From assembly GCF_009914755.1 (NCBI RefSeq), contig NC_060940.1: 64,000 nt of DNA. The stretch is one strand, 5' to 3'. Below the pieces are notes generated by a model that worked only from the letters and a program-made list of their open reading frames with translations, searched no databases and was not told the origin of the DNA. Source of the DNA: the human T2T-CHM13v2.0 reference genome, Homo sapiens. The position numbers were made by a program, and so were the translations under genes. Of this stretch, positions 46,581-64,000 are shown piece by piece; positions within the stretch are counted from its first letter, which is position 1, and every line of letters begins with the position of its first letter.

Positions 46581-47804
46581 ATTACAACTTTTTACCTAAA
46601 CATTCAATAATTTTCACTAACTTTTTGGCAATGAGGCAGCTGAGTCTAAGTAGGTTAAATCACTTATCTGAGGTCACACGGCAGGACAGTGCTTGTTCTG
46701 CAAAGTTAAGTGTGTTTCTTTTTGTGGACCATGAGAACATCTCCAACTGCCCTTTTTGACTTGGCCACCAGGGAACTCAGCGCCATGTTCTCAAATCCAG
46801 TTTAGTAACTGGCCTTCTGGCCTGTATATCTTTATTCTACCTTCCATCCTGCTCTGTTCTGCTTTTACCTCTTATTCTAGATTATCTTTCTTTAGTCCTA
46901 ATTTTAAATTTATATCTATAATCTTGTTATATATATTTCTTGGCATCTACTGTAAGTGGGTAGTGAACGAATAAACAAAATGTGATGAATTTTAGAGGAC
47001 TAAGAGGGGCCTAAGTCACACCAAGATTCATGCTGGATAATTTGTCATCGACCCAGACTGTGGTTCTGCACTCGCCAGTAACCAGTTTTTTTTTTTTTTT
47101 TTTTTTGCTTTTTGCCAACCATACATTTTGCTTTCATGGTATCGAAGTGGTTTAAGCTTATGGCTTCCAGCCTGCAGTGGCTATGAGGGGTCAGTCTCTC
47201 ATCAGGAGGGGTTGGCAGACTCTGTTCTCAGATAGGCAGCAAGGATGGAGGTGGGGCAGGAGCAATTTCACTACCTGCCTGGCGTCTGGGTCTTGCTTAG
47301 AGAAATAATTCCAGGCTCTGCTGCTTTCGACTCTGTCTCTCATGGTTCCACTGATTCCTGCAGAGATCTAGAGAGAAAATTTCCAGCGAGGAGTTTCTGG
47401 CTCGTTTGATTTTGAACACGTTTTGAGTATTCCACCCCTTACCCCCCCGCCCCCACTCACTACTCTGTAGTTTTTTTTTTTTTAAGAAAACAGTTTGAAA
47501 GCACAAATAAATAAATAATTCAAAACAGAGGGGCCATTTTTATTTACTTTGGTTGTTTCAGGAGAGGGAAGGGAGCTTACACTTTTTTTGAACTCTTATT
47601 CTATGCCAGCCGATGTGCTGCATTCTTAGCTTAAAAGCCTGCTTCTCTTTGATTTCAGAATAACTTGGAAATAAATGATCAGACCCTGCATGCTCTGATC
47701 CTGGCTGTCTGCTCTAACTAAATCTCCTCTTCCTTGCTTCCTCCAGCGAGTTGTTCTCCCTTCACCTCCCAGCACAAGCTTTGCACGTGTTGCCGTCTGT
47801 CCTA

Positions 47805-48302
<498 letters not shown>

Positions 48303-48837
48303 CTAATAAATATGTTTCTTTCACTATACCATAAGTATATTCCTTCTTCTAAGTTTCATTAAGGTAGAATCACGTATGTCTTATTTCCTGTTATATCCCT
48401 AAGTACCTAGCATGTAGTAGGCATTCAATAAAAATTGATTGAATGATTGAACACTCAATCCCATGATTTGAGTGTTTTTTTTGTTTTTGTTTGTTTGTTT
48501 GTTTTGAGACAAAGTCTTGCTCTATCACCCAGGCTGGAGTGCAGTGGTACTATCTTGGCTCACTGCAATCTCTGCATCCTGGGTTCAAGTGATTTTCTTG
48601 CCTCAGCCTCTCAAGAAGCTGAGACTAACTACAGGCATGTGCCACCATGCCCAGTGATTTGTTTTGCATGTGTGTGTATTTTTAGCAGAGATGGGGTTTC
48701 ACTGTGTTGGCCATGCTGGTCTTAAACTCCTGACCTCAGGCCATCCACCCTCCTTGGCCTCTGAAAGTGTTGGGATTACAGGTGTGAGCCACCACGCCTG
48801 GCCTTTTGTAATTATTCTAACAGCTACTACTTATTAG

Positions 48838-49113
<276 letters not shown>

Positions 49114-50810
49114 TGACTGTATGCCAGGCACTGTGCTGATTTTTTTTTAATGTTTTTTATTTTTTTAGAGTTGGGGTCTAGTTCTGTCACCATGGCTGGA
49201 GTTCAGTGGCATGATCATAGCTCACTACAGCTTTGAACTCCTGGGCTTAAGCAATCTTCCTGTCTCAGCTTCCCAAGTAGCTGGGATTACAGGCATGGGC
49301 TATCACACCCAGCTAATTAAAAAGACATTTTATTGTATAGATAGGGGTCTGGCTGTGTTGCCCAGGTTAGTCTCAAACTCCTGGCTTCAAGCGATTCTCC
49401 TGCCTCCACCTCCCAATGTGCTGGTGTTACAGGTGTGAGCCATGGCACCTGGCCCTGTGTTGATGTTTTACATACAGCATCTCATTTAATCCCCACCAGG
49501 ATCCTGTGGGGATGGATTGGATTATCCCCCACTCCTTGGAAGAGCTTAAGGATACCCAACCAGTTGGTGATTGAGCTGGGATTTGAACTCAGGCATTCTA
49601 ATGGCAAAGCTGTGCCCCTTCCACTCTACCATCGTGTTCCTCTCCAGGGGAGGTGTCCCTGCAGTGCTGTGACTTTGTCGTCGAACATGTGCTGAGGTAC
49701 GTGAATCCTCTGGAGAAGAAGGGCAAAGGAACAGGCTTTCCAGGCAGGAAGCCCCTGCAGGCGAGGGAGGAAGGCTGCAAGGGACATGGTAGGAGGTATC
49801 TTGCTCCCCATAGCTGGGCTGGGAGGATGAGATGGCTGAGAGCCAGGAGCCGGGCTGGGGTTAGGCTCATATCAGCCTGCAGAGGGCTTTGGGGAACCCA
49901 GGCTTTGGGGCCAGACAAACATAGCTTCTCACCCACCTGATCATTTCCTCTCTGTTGTATCCTATGTTTCTGGGTCTCAGTTTCCTTATCTATGAAATGG
50001 GGATACCATGACCTGTTCTGCCTGCTTCATAGAGTGCTAAGGAGCAGATGACATAACGTGTGCAAAAGCAGCTGTTCTTATTTCTATCACTTATTTTCAT
50101 TATCGCTATTCTCAAGCAGGCAGACGGTAATTTTTTACCTCTTTCTTTTTTTTCACCCTTGAGTTGTTTGGAAGTTATTTTTAAAAGTCTTTGAAGTGTC
50201 CTTTTCCATATTTGGCAAAAGCAAAATGGAAATTGATAGCATTGTCACCGTCGGCATCCCCTCACTCCGGCCGCCTGGCTGGGGGACAGCTCTGGGAAAA
50301 TGTGGAGATGTCTGTTGTGGGCGACTGGTTTGTTATTGCGTGAACTTTTCTGGCGAGACCTGACCAGCTCCCTTTTAAGGCAATTCCTCGTGTTCTTGTT
50401 CCTCCTCTTTTCTTTTCCTGCCAATGTCAGGTCCTTTGTGCCATCTCCAGGCTCAGAAATCCGTACAGCCAGAGTCGGTCCCCAGTTTGGCCACTTCCAG
50501 CTGAAAAGCTTTCCCATGCCTTCCCTTTAACTTAGAATAGCATCCAAATCCTTCATTGTGACCAAGGCCCTGTGCAGTCTGCTCCTGTCACTTTCCTCTC
50601 CATTACTCAGCTCCAAAAGTGTCACCTCCCTTGACTCCTCCAATGCCCCACATGGTTTCCAGCCCCAGGGTCTTTGTGGGGTCTTTGCCAGGAATCCTGT
50701 TCCCCGTTTTTTTGTTATGGGTAGCTCTTTCTCATCTTTGACATCTCTGCTCCAGAGTCAACTTCACACATGGCTCTTCCCTAACCCACACTAAAAAATA
50801 AGCCTCCTTA

Positions 50811-50999
<189 letters not shown>

Positions 51000-51290
51000 C
51001 TAGCTACTCTGGTGGCTGAGGCAAGAGGATTGCTTGAGCCCAGGAGTTCAAGGCTGCAGTGAGCCGTGATTGCACCACTGAACACCAGACGCAGTGTCAT
51101 GTACTTGTAGTCCCGGCTGCTTGGGAGGCTGAGGTGGGACCATCTCTTAAGCCTGGGAGTTTGAGGCTACAGTGAGCCCTGATCATCCCTGTGAATAGCC
51201 ATTGCACTGCAGCCTGAGTTACACAGATACGTCTCTTAAAAAATAAATGAAAAGAAAAGCCTTTTAAATTCAGTGTCTTCGCATAGTTAG

Positions 51291-51976
<686 letters not shown>

Positions 51977-53077
51977 CCCTCTAGAGAGAGGTGTTGAATG
52001 AATGAGTGTGAAGTCCTTAGCTTAGGGCCTGGCACTCAGTAGGTGCTAAGTAAATGTCACCTGTCAGCATCTTCCTCCTCCTCTTCTTCCTCCTCTAGTT
52101 GCTTCTCGGAGCTAAGGTCTCCCTGCTCCTTTTTTCCTCTATGGAAATGGATGAGAAAAGGTTTTCTAACAAGGGGCCATCACCTGGATTTTTAGAATAG
52201 CATAAAATATTCTCTGCTGCAGCTTCGGAATCCGACTGTGCTGGTGTTTGGCAGGAAAATGCAGTGAGTTATCACAGAGCGTTCCCTCCAGCACTGGGTC
52301 ATGCAAATATTTATTGCGAGCGTTAAATAATAAATGGAGCAGCCTGCCCAATGGTAAATCTGTCATGTTTGGTTTCAGCCAGGAGTTGTGATGGCTCTGG
52401 AATCGCTGCCCGTTTCACCGCATCCACCTGCCCTCTAGAGGAGCAAGGCAAACAGCCGAGTTCTCTGGGGTGGCATCAGTGGGCTGGTGTGGAAGCCAGA
52501 GGGGCGGTGGGGGGAGTCAGCCAGGCATGGAAACTGGCAGGTAAGGCAGCCCTGTGGCCCAGGAACCTGAGCCGCAGCCACACCGAGCAGGCCTGGACCT
52601 TTGAGTCCCGCTGCCACCACAGTTCTCAGGGGACACGGTCTCATTGTCCACATCTGGATTTATCTTTCCGTATTTCCCTCATTGCTCTTGTCAGCTTCAC
52701 TCTGGCTGACTGGCTGGAGCTGGCAAGCTTCTGAAAGTGGAGTCAACCTTCCGACCCTTTTTCTAGGCTGAGTGGTGGGTGGAGGAATGAGACCGTGTGT
52801 TGGACTCAAACTCGATGCAATAACGTTTCCCAGCCCCTGTGGTGTGCTGGGGCTCCTAGCACACATCCTCTTGTTTAACCTCAGCATTGCAACCTGAAAC
52901 ACAGACACATGGGTTCTTGAGCCAGATGCCTCTGAGTTGGAATCCTATCTCTGCACTTAACAAGCGGTATGACCTTGAGTGAGCCACAGTTTTTCAGAGC
53001 CCCTGTTTCCTGATCTGTAAGGTGGGGGAGATGGTGGCACTCACCTTATGGGGCTGTTATGTATTAGTCCATTGAGG

Positions 53078-53496
53078 TGTCTTAGCCTGTTTTGCGTTGC
53101 CATAAAGGAATACTTGAGGGTGAGTAATTTATAAGAAAAGAGGTTTGTTTAGCTCACGTTCTGCAGACTGTACAAGAAGCATGATGCCAGCATCTGCTTC
53201 TGGTGAGACCTCAGGAAGCTTTTCTTCACTGTGGAGGATGAAAGGGGAGCAGGTGTGTCACATGGTGAGAAGAGGGGTGAGAGAGAGACAGGAAGGGTGC
53301 CAAACACTTTTTTAACAATCAGACCTCGCCGTGAACTAAAAGAGTGAGAACTCACTCATTACTCAGGGAGGGCACCAAGCTATTCATGAGGGATCTGCTC
53401 CCACCACCCAAATACCTCTCGCCAAGCCCCGCCTCCAACATTGGGGATCACATTTCAACATGAGGTTTGGAGGGGACACACATCCAAACTATCTTA
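53078..53496 (-). mobile_element. MSTB-like MaLR solo LTR with TGAGG TSD, inserted in a MIR
   Basis: TGTCTTAG...ATAAAGGAATAC...GGGTGAGTAATTTATAAG...CAAACTATC; TGAGG at 53073 and 53497. Confidence 0.85.
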
Positions 53497-54576
53497 TGAG
53501 GTAGTAGGATAATGTAGGTGAAGACTTGCACAGTGCCCGGGACCTGGGGACAAATGCTAGCTCTAATGGTTAATAATGGTCCAGAGAAGAAAATAACTGC
53601 TCAGATGCACAGACATGACTGCACTAGTCAACCATGCAGGTATGAGTCCCCATCCTAGAGTATGGGGTGCATAGAGCTCTAGCCCACCATTATTGAGTTG
53701 TAGAACTAAGGCTCCAATCTGGGGCTTTATGGATCCCTAAATCATGCCCTTTCACCTTCCCCATATCTGCTTTATTCCTCATAGGGTGGCAGGGAGGGTG
53801 GAGCTCATGCCTGGCCTTAATCATCATGGCCTAAGTTTGGTAGTGTCCAAACAGTGGTGAGGGGTGAAGTTGTAGGGTTGCCAGGTAGGTTGTGTTTGGC
53901 TTCAAATCACTGAGAACCCAACTGGAAGTGGTGTAGATGCTAATGGAAGTTATTGTTTCTCTGCAGGGGGCCATGTGGTTAATTGATTCAGTGGCTCCAT
54001 TGTGGAATGGTGGGCCTTGTTTCCTTCCACTTTTCCACTATTCCATTCTTAGCAGCTGGCTCTTGCCCTCAGCCACACCCCATCATGGTCTCAAGATAAT
54101 ATGGACAAGAGAGAAGAGAGCCTTCTTCCACTTGTTCCCCGCTTGTTTTTGAGACAGGGTCTCGCTCTGTCACCCAGACTGGAGTGTAGTGGTGCAATCA
54201 TAGCTCGCTGCAGCCTTGAACTTCTAGGCTCAAGTGATCCTCCTTCAGTTTCCTGAGTAGCTGGGACTATAGGTGCATGCTACCATACCCAGCTAACTTC
54301 AGAGTTTTTTCTAGAGATGAGGTCTCCCTCTGTTGCCCAGGCTGGTCTCGAACTCTGGGCCTCAAGTGATCCTCTTGCCTCAACCTCCCAAAGCACTAGG
54401 GTTACAGATGTGAGCCACCACGCCCAGCCCATCTGTCCCTTTTTATGATCATTTTCTCATTTTCTCAGAAGCTGCCAGCTGACTTCTCCTTCATCGCATT
54501 GGTCAGAAATGTATCACGTGCCCTTTTCTAAGCCAGTTGCTGGCAAGGGAATGGAATTCCCAAGGTTGCCTTAGAC

Positions 54577-57075
<2,499 letters not shown>

Positions 57076-57289
57076 GCCACAGTTCTTTACACATTTGATC
57101 TTTAGCTCACCCAACAACCTTGTAAAAATATGATTGCTACCCATAATTTTCAAATAATCTACGTATGTGTAAGAGAGAGAAGTGATTCCCCAAAGATCAC
57201 GCAGCTAATAAAGTGGAAGGGAGAACCCAGGCCCACCTGGCTCCGAAGCTCACACTCTTTCCACTAAGCTGCCTGCTTCTTTCATTGGA

Positions 57290-57826
<537 letters not shown>

Positions 57827-59842
57827 TATACTAAAACAAGCTCTTTGAGGGCAGGGATCATACTACCTTGACTACCTTGTTCAATTCTCAATCCTTTATA
57901 CCCTGCCTGTCCTGGCACATTGTAAGTGCTCAGTAAGTAATGACTGAGCAACTGAGCAGATGTGCTACACCAGATTCCAGAGTCAAATAATCATAGACTT
58001 GGAGAAGTGCAGGGTTATGGGGGCTGCAGTATAACACTCTACCTCACAGTGGGTGCATCCAAGCCACCAGCTTCCCCTGGTTCCAGAAGGCCTGTTAGAG
58101 ACATGTCTTGCATTTGCACTTGGTCCAGCACAGCCCATGCCTCCCACTTGTGAAAAGAGGCTGACTGATGGGTGGTGATCAGGGTTGGCTGCCTTTTCAT
58201 TTTTGAGATCATGGGAACAGAGGGACCGGATGAAGAAACACTTCTCTGAATCTACCCATTTCTAAATGGATGAATCACCAAGGAGGAAACTCAAAGATTA
58301 ATTTCTCACTGCCCTTCTTCCCTTGCTCTGCTCTTTGTAGACAGTTACTGGTGCTCCAGGGCAAAAGATAATGAAAGTTCTTCCTTGCATCAAACTATTT
58401 TCTTCAGGAGATAGAGCCAGCATTAGCCAAAGAGATGGTCTGGGCTCTGGGAGCTTGGCTTGGAGGCCCAGGACATTCAAACAGTCCTTCCCGGAGAACA
58501 GGCTGGACCTGCAGTGATGAATAATTATTTTGCAATTGACAGTTCAATACCCACCAGATTCTTCATTGTATGTTTCTGTATCGTGTCAAGTTATGAGAAA
58601 ACGCAATATTCTTTAACAGCTAGGCAAGAACAATGGTTTTTGCTCATTTGTTTGTTTGTTTCCACCCCGCAGAGGTCAGTTTTTGCAGTAAGAAGAGTCT
58701 CATTCTTTTTTTATTTTATTTTATTTGTATTTTGAGACAGTCTCTCTCTGTCATCCAGGCTGGCTGGACTGCAGCGGCTGCAACCTCCATCTCTCAGGTT
58801 CAAGGGATTGTCCTGCCTCAAACTTCTGAGTAGCTGGGACTACAGGCATGCCTACGCCCTGCTAATTTATTGTATTTTTAGTAGAGACAAGGTTTCAACA
58901 TGTTGTCCAGGCTGGTCTTGAGCTCCTGACCTCAAGTGATCCACCCGCCTCACCCTCCCAAAGTGCTGGGATTACTGCCATGGGCCACTGTGCTCGTGAC
59001 TCTTCAAGAAGAGTCTTGAATTTACTCTGAATGTGTCCTTGGTTGGCACAACCACGAGCAGAATATGCATCCTATCTATCCTCACAAACACTGCGTTTAT
59101 TATCCCCAATTTGCCTTTGAGGAAATGGAGGCTCAGAGAGGTTAAATAACTTGCTCAAGGTCACGTGGGCAATGAGTGGTGGAGTGGAGATTTGAACTCA
59201 GGACTGTCTGTGACCCTCCCAGCCCTGCAGTCTCCAAGTCTCCAGTACTATCTGGCTCTAAAATCCGTACTATTCCCTCTGCTATGTTTTTGTGGCGACT
59301 TGAACTCTTCCTTCAAAGTCTTGGCTGCTGCTATGAACTGAACGTGTACCTTGTGAAGTTGTATTTTTTCCATATTGTAATTCCATCCTTCAAAAGTAAG
59401 TCTTGTTACTGAAAGACTGTTTCAACCGTCCTGGGGTAGGAGTGGCTAACAGGTTGGCTTGGGTCCCACAGTGAAATCTGTTCTGAGCCAGACCCTCCCG
59501 AGGGGACAGGGGACGAGCAGGAGAGATTGTAGCTGAAGTAGACATCTCCTGGGTTCCCAGAAATGTGGAAGAACCTTGTGCAAAAACAGCTTCCTGCAGA
59601 GCTGCAAGATGGGATCCAGGTTATTGGTATTTGAGCACTGTGTTTAGGGGCTATGAGAGAAACCTAACATGAACCGGCTGAAGGAAAAAAGTGGAGGATT
59701 ACATGAAAATGAATTCAGGGAGCTTGCAGGTGTACTGAAGGGAAGTGTGAGCTCTAAAAGCTGGAAAAGGTCTAAACGTGTAGATTACAAAAATATCTGC
59801 AGCTTAGCATGGCAATGACGGATAAAGCGTCAGATATGTGTT

Positions 59843-60350
59843 TGTCATCCAGTTGTCTATGGCTGTGCAACAAACCACCCAACATGTAGTAGCTTAAAAC
59901 ATGACAGTCATTTATTTTGCTCACACATCCACAATTTGGGCAGGATGTTGAGGGGACAGTTCGTTCCTGCTCCACGTGGCATCAGCTGGAGCTCACCAGG
60001 GGGCTGCAGAATTCATTTCTGAGATGGCTCCTCTAGCGGTTGCTAAGTTGGCGCTTTCTGGTTGGCTGGGAGCTCAGCTAGGCTGTGGTCCAGGGGACTT
60101 GGTTCCTTTGTTTGGGCCTCTCCTCTCTTCAGCTACTTGGGCTTCCTCATCGTATGGTGGCTGGGCTCTAAGACAAGGAGAACCCAGTGGAAGCTCTGTC
60201 ACATTTTATGATGTAGCCTTGGATGTCGCATAACGTTTCTTCTATATTCTATTGGTCAAGCAATCGCACAGTCTGGATTCAACGGTAGATGACATAGGTT
60301 CTACCTTTTGATGAATCAAAAAATTCTGGGATCATGGTTTGAAACTACCA
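59843..60350 (-). mobile_element. MLT1-family MaLR LTR
   Basis: CTATGGCTGTGCAACAAACCACCC...GTAGCTTAAAACA...TTATTTTGCTCAC motif. Confidence 0.65.
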
Positions 60351-61730
60351 AAAAGTAGCGGCTGTATTGTTTGTTATTATTACAAAGTAGGCCGTGTGCA
60401 GTGGCTCACACCTGTAATCCTAGCACTTTGGGAGGCCAGCCTGGGCAACATAATGAGACCCGGTCTCTAAAAAAAAAAAAAAAAAAAAAAGGAGAGAGAT
60501 TAGCCAAGTGTGGTGGTGTGTGCCTGTAGTCCCAGCTACTTGGGAGGCTGAGGTGGGAGGATCACTTAAGCCCAGGAGATCGAGGTGGCAGTGAACTATG
60601 ATCACACTAGGCTGGGAGACAGAGTGAGACCTTATCTCAAAAAAAAGTTAATGATAATTACTACAAAGCAAGGCCAATAGTACAAAAACAGTGATCTTTC
60701 ACAGTCTATGATATAGCAGGACAGTGCTAGATGTTCCCCATCTGCTATGCCATTTATTCCTCCCCAAAATTTGGGAAGCTCAGGGAGGCATATAAACTGC
60801 CTAAACAGGGCCGTGAAGCTAGGAAGTGCTAAAGCCAGGATTTAAACCCAGAAGTCAAATGCTAAAGACTCTGCTAGACTGACTACCTGATTCTAGAGGC
60901 TGGGGTGTGTGCTAGGTATCTGAAAGATTGGAGAGATGCAGACAGAAATGTGTGAATGTGAGTGTGCAAATTTGCACAAGGCCAGTAGCACCTAAGGGGG
61001 CCCATGTGGGAGATGGGAGGGTCCCTGCCATCTGCTTCCTTCTCCTCATCCATTTCACCCTGGTCTTCTCAGCCCTCCCCTCTCCTCCATGCCCCTCCTT
61101 GGTCTCTTCCCATGGACCCTGTGAGAGCCCCTCTCCAGCTGTTTATGGGAGATGTTGAAGGAGAAGCAAGGGCTCCTCACGACCCTGTCTCTGCCTCTTT
61201 CCTGTGCTCTGGGACATCTGAACTGTCACATAGTCAGCTGGCAGGGAAGCCCAATTTTCCTTTGGCTCTCCAAAGGGCCTGATTCATGGGTTAGGCTGAG
61301 ATCAGATAGAGCCCTTGGGTCAGGTGGGTGGGATTCTGGCTCCCAGGGCTGCTGGCAGGTGCCATCTGGTTGTTCTGGAGGGAGTTGAGGGGAATGGTTC
61401 CCACCTGGACAGTGTCTGAGGGGTGAGCTGGTGAAGCACTGGGCGGGTGGGGAGCTGGCAGGGACGGGACAGATACAGAGAGTGCCAGGAGGTGTGGACA
61501 GCTGCTCGCAGGGCTCTTGGTGACTTTGCCAGGAAACTGTGTCTAGACAGCCTCTGTCTGATCTCTCTTCTCATCCCACATCATCTCCCCGGTTCCTCCC
61601 TGGCCTGAGGCCGTCCTGCCAGGTTGGTGCAGGGATATGTTGAACAAAGTTCAGATGTGCTGTGTGCACAGTACCAGGCTCAGCATAGTCTGAGAATGAA
61701 AAGCAGCTTCTGAAACTCAGCCCTGCCTCA

Positions 61731-62508
<778 letters not shown>

Positions 62509-64000
62509 CCCAGAGAGTGTGGGCCCTCTAGAGGTCATTTCTTCCAGGCCCCTGCCAGATGCTGAGCTCAGCCTGCAACCCCAGGCTGTTGAAAATCCGA
62601 GGAGGCTGAGGTCAGGGAGGGAGGCAGGAGGCCAGCAGGCCATCAGGGAAGGGACCCCAGTGGGCTCTTGAGGAATGGGGAAGGGGCATTAAAGGGCCCA
62701 GGTAGAGGCCTGGAGTGGTGGTGGTGGCCGTGGGGGTGTGAGAAGCTGGTTTGGGTGAAGATGCAGGGAGACAAACAGAGACCCATTGGGCACGGACAGG
62801 TGCTCACATGTTTCCTTGCACCTGGCATGCTTCCCCTGGTGAACACTGCCAATGTCCACCCACCTGTTCTTCACCCAGGTGGGCCTCGGGTCTGCAGGGA
62901 CACAGCAAAGGAATGAAAGCCAGGGGCAGGGGTTTAAATCCTGGCTCTGTCTCTTTTCCTCCGTGTGACCTGGGGCAAGGAAATGGTCTTTATAGCTCAT
63001 GCGGTCTTTATGCAGTTGTCTTAGGTGATGGGGGATGAGAAAGTGCCTTGTAATCAATAAAGACAGATTTATTACGATAATACAAATTTATTGATTTGTA
63101 ATCAGTAAAGGCAGATTAACCATACCATTTTTTTTTTTTAAATAGGGTCTTGCTGCGTCTCCCAGGCTGGAGTGTAGTGTCATGATCGTAGCTCACTGCA
63201 GCCTCGAACTCCTGGCTCAGACTATCCTTCCACCTCAGTCTCCCGAGTAGCTGGAGCTACAGGCGCACACCATCATGCTCAGCTAATTTTTATTTTTATA
63301 GAGATGGGGATCTCACTATGTTGCCCAGGCTGGTCTTGAACTCCTGGCCTCCAGCAATCCTCCCATCCCAGCCTCGCAAAGTGCTGGGTTTACAGGCGTG
63401 AGCCACTGCACCCAGACAGGATCAACCGTATCTTTTGAGCATCCGTTCTGTGCCTGGCACCAGGACCAGTTGCTGTGGGTCAACAGAACAGTTTCAGGTG
63501 GGTGGTGGATGGAATGGCTGGTGGGCTCAGAGCTAGAGCTTAGGCCCCTCAGCTACTCCTCTGGGCAGGAGTGAGCAGTGCTCACCCTACCCCAGGCTTA
63601 GGCCACTTGCGATGTGGGGTTCCTCTTCGCGCACATCTACTGACCCTGGAACTATTGAAGCTATTTTGTGAGTGCTGTGCCCTCTCTGCTGAGACACAAT
63701 CCCTGTCTGGCACACCCCCAACACATCATTTGCCCCTGGAGTTTAACTGTACTTTGGTGAAGAGTGGCAGAGGCCAGAGGGACCCCAGGGGTGGACATGT
63801 GATTAGCTTGATGGGCAACCCCAGGACAGAGAACAGGGATGGGGAAGGAGATGCTTCCCACTGAAGACCCCATGCACTCTGCAGCTTACAATGCTCCTAA
63901 AACCCCGATGCTGGTTTATAAACTCTCTTGTCCAATTGCTGGGGTTCAACTGGGAGCCTTGGTGTGTCCCGCCCCTCCCCCAGGCTGTCCCGTTGTCAGG

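Noticed and set aside
53060-53070. TGTATTAGTCC, resembling an MST LTR end, 18 bp before the LTR
   Set aside because: The TGAGG TSD fixes the real boundary at 53078; too short to interpret

Overview
Primate (most likely human chr16p13.11/16p12) segmental-duplication mosaic. 1-21731: an unprocessed PKD1 pseudogene copy (PKD1P, + strand). It carries exons 10-32 with canonical GT-AG sites and is cut off inside exon 33. It has four nonsense codons, frameshifts, a ~3.1 kb intron-21 polypyrimidine tract and two intronic miRNA hairpins (MIR6511A-type, MIR6770-like). ~21732-38980: LCR16a core duplicon with an intact 8-exon NPIPA-subfamily gene (369 aa, + strand), a tandemly duplicated alternative signal-peptide exon and a dual-frame coding VNTR. 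~38990-46036: PLA2G10 pseudogene fragment (exons 2-3 only, - strand). 46037-64000: non-coding, repeat-rich DNA (Alu, L1, MIR, MaLR LTRs, MER DNA transposons). The most notable signal is that PKD1P exons 23(3' part)-30 form an unbroken 497-codon frame ending in phase 0. This is in frame with NPIP exon 2, so it could encode a ~845-aa polycystin-1(GPS-TM-PLAT-TM-TM)/NPIP chimera. Read-through loci of this type are already known; the paralog number cannot be fixed from sequence alone (layout fits PKD1P2-NPIPA7 or PKD1P4-NPIPA8).
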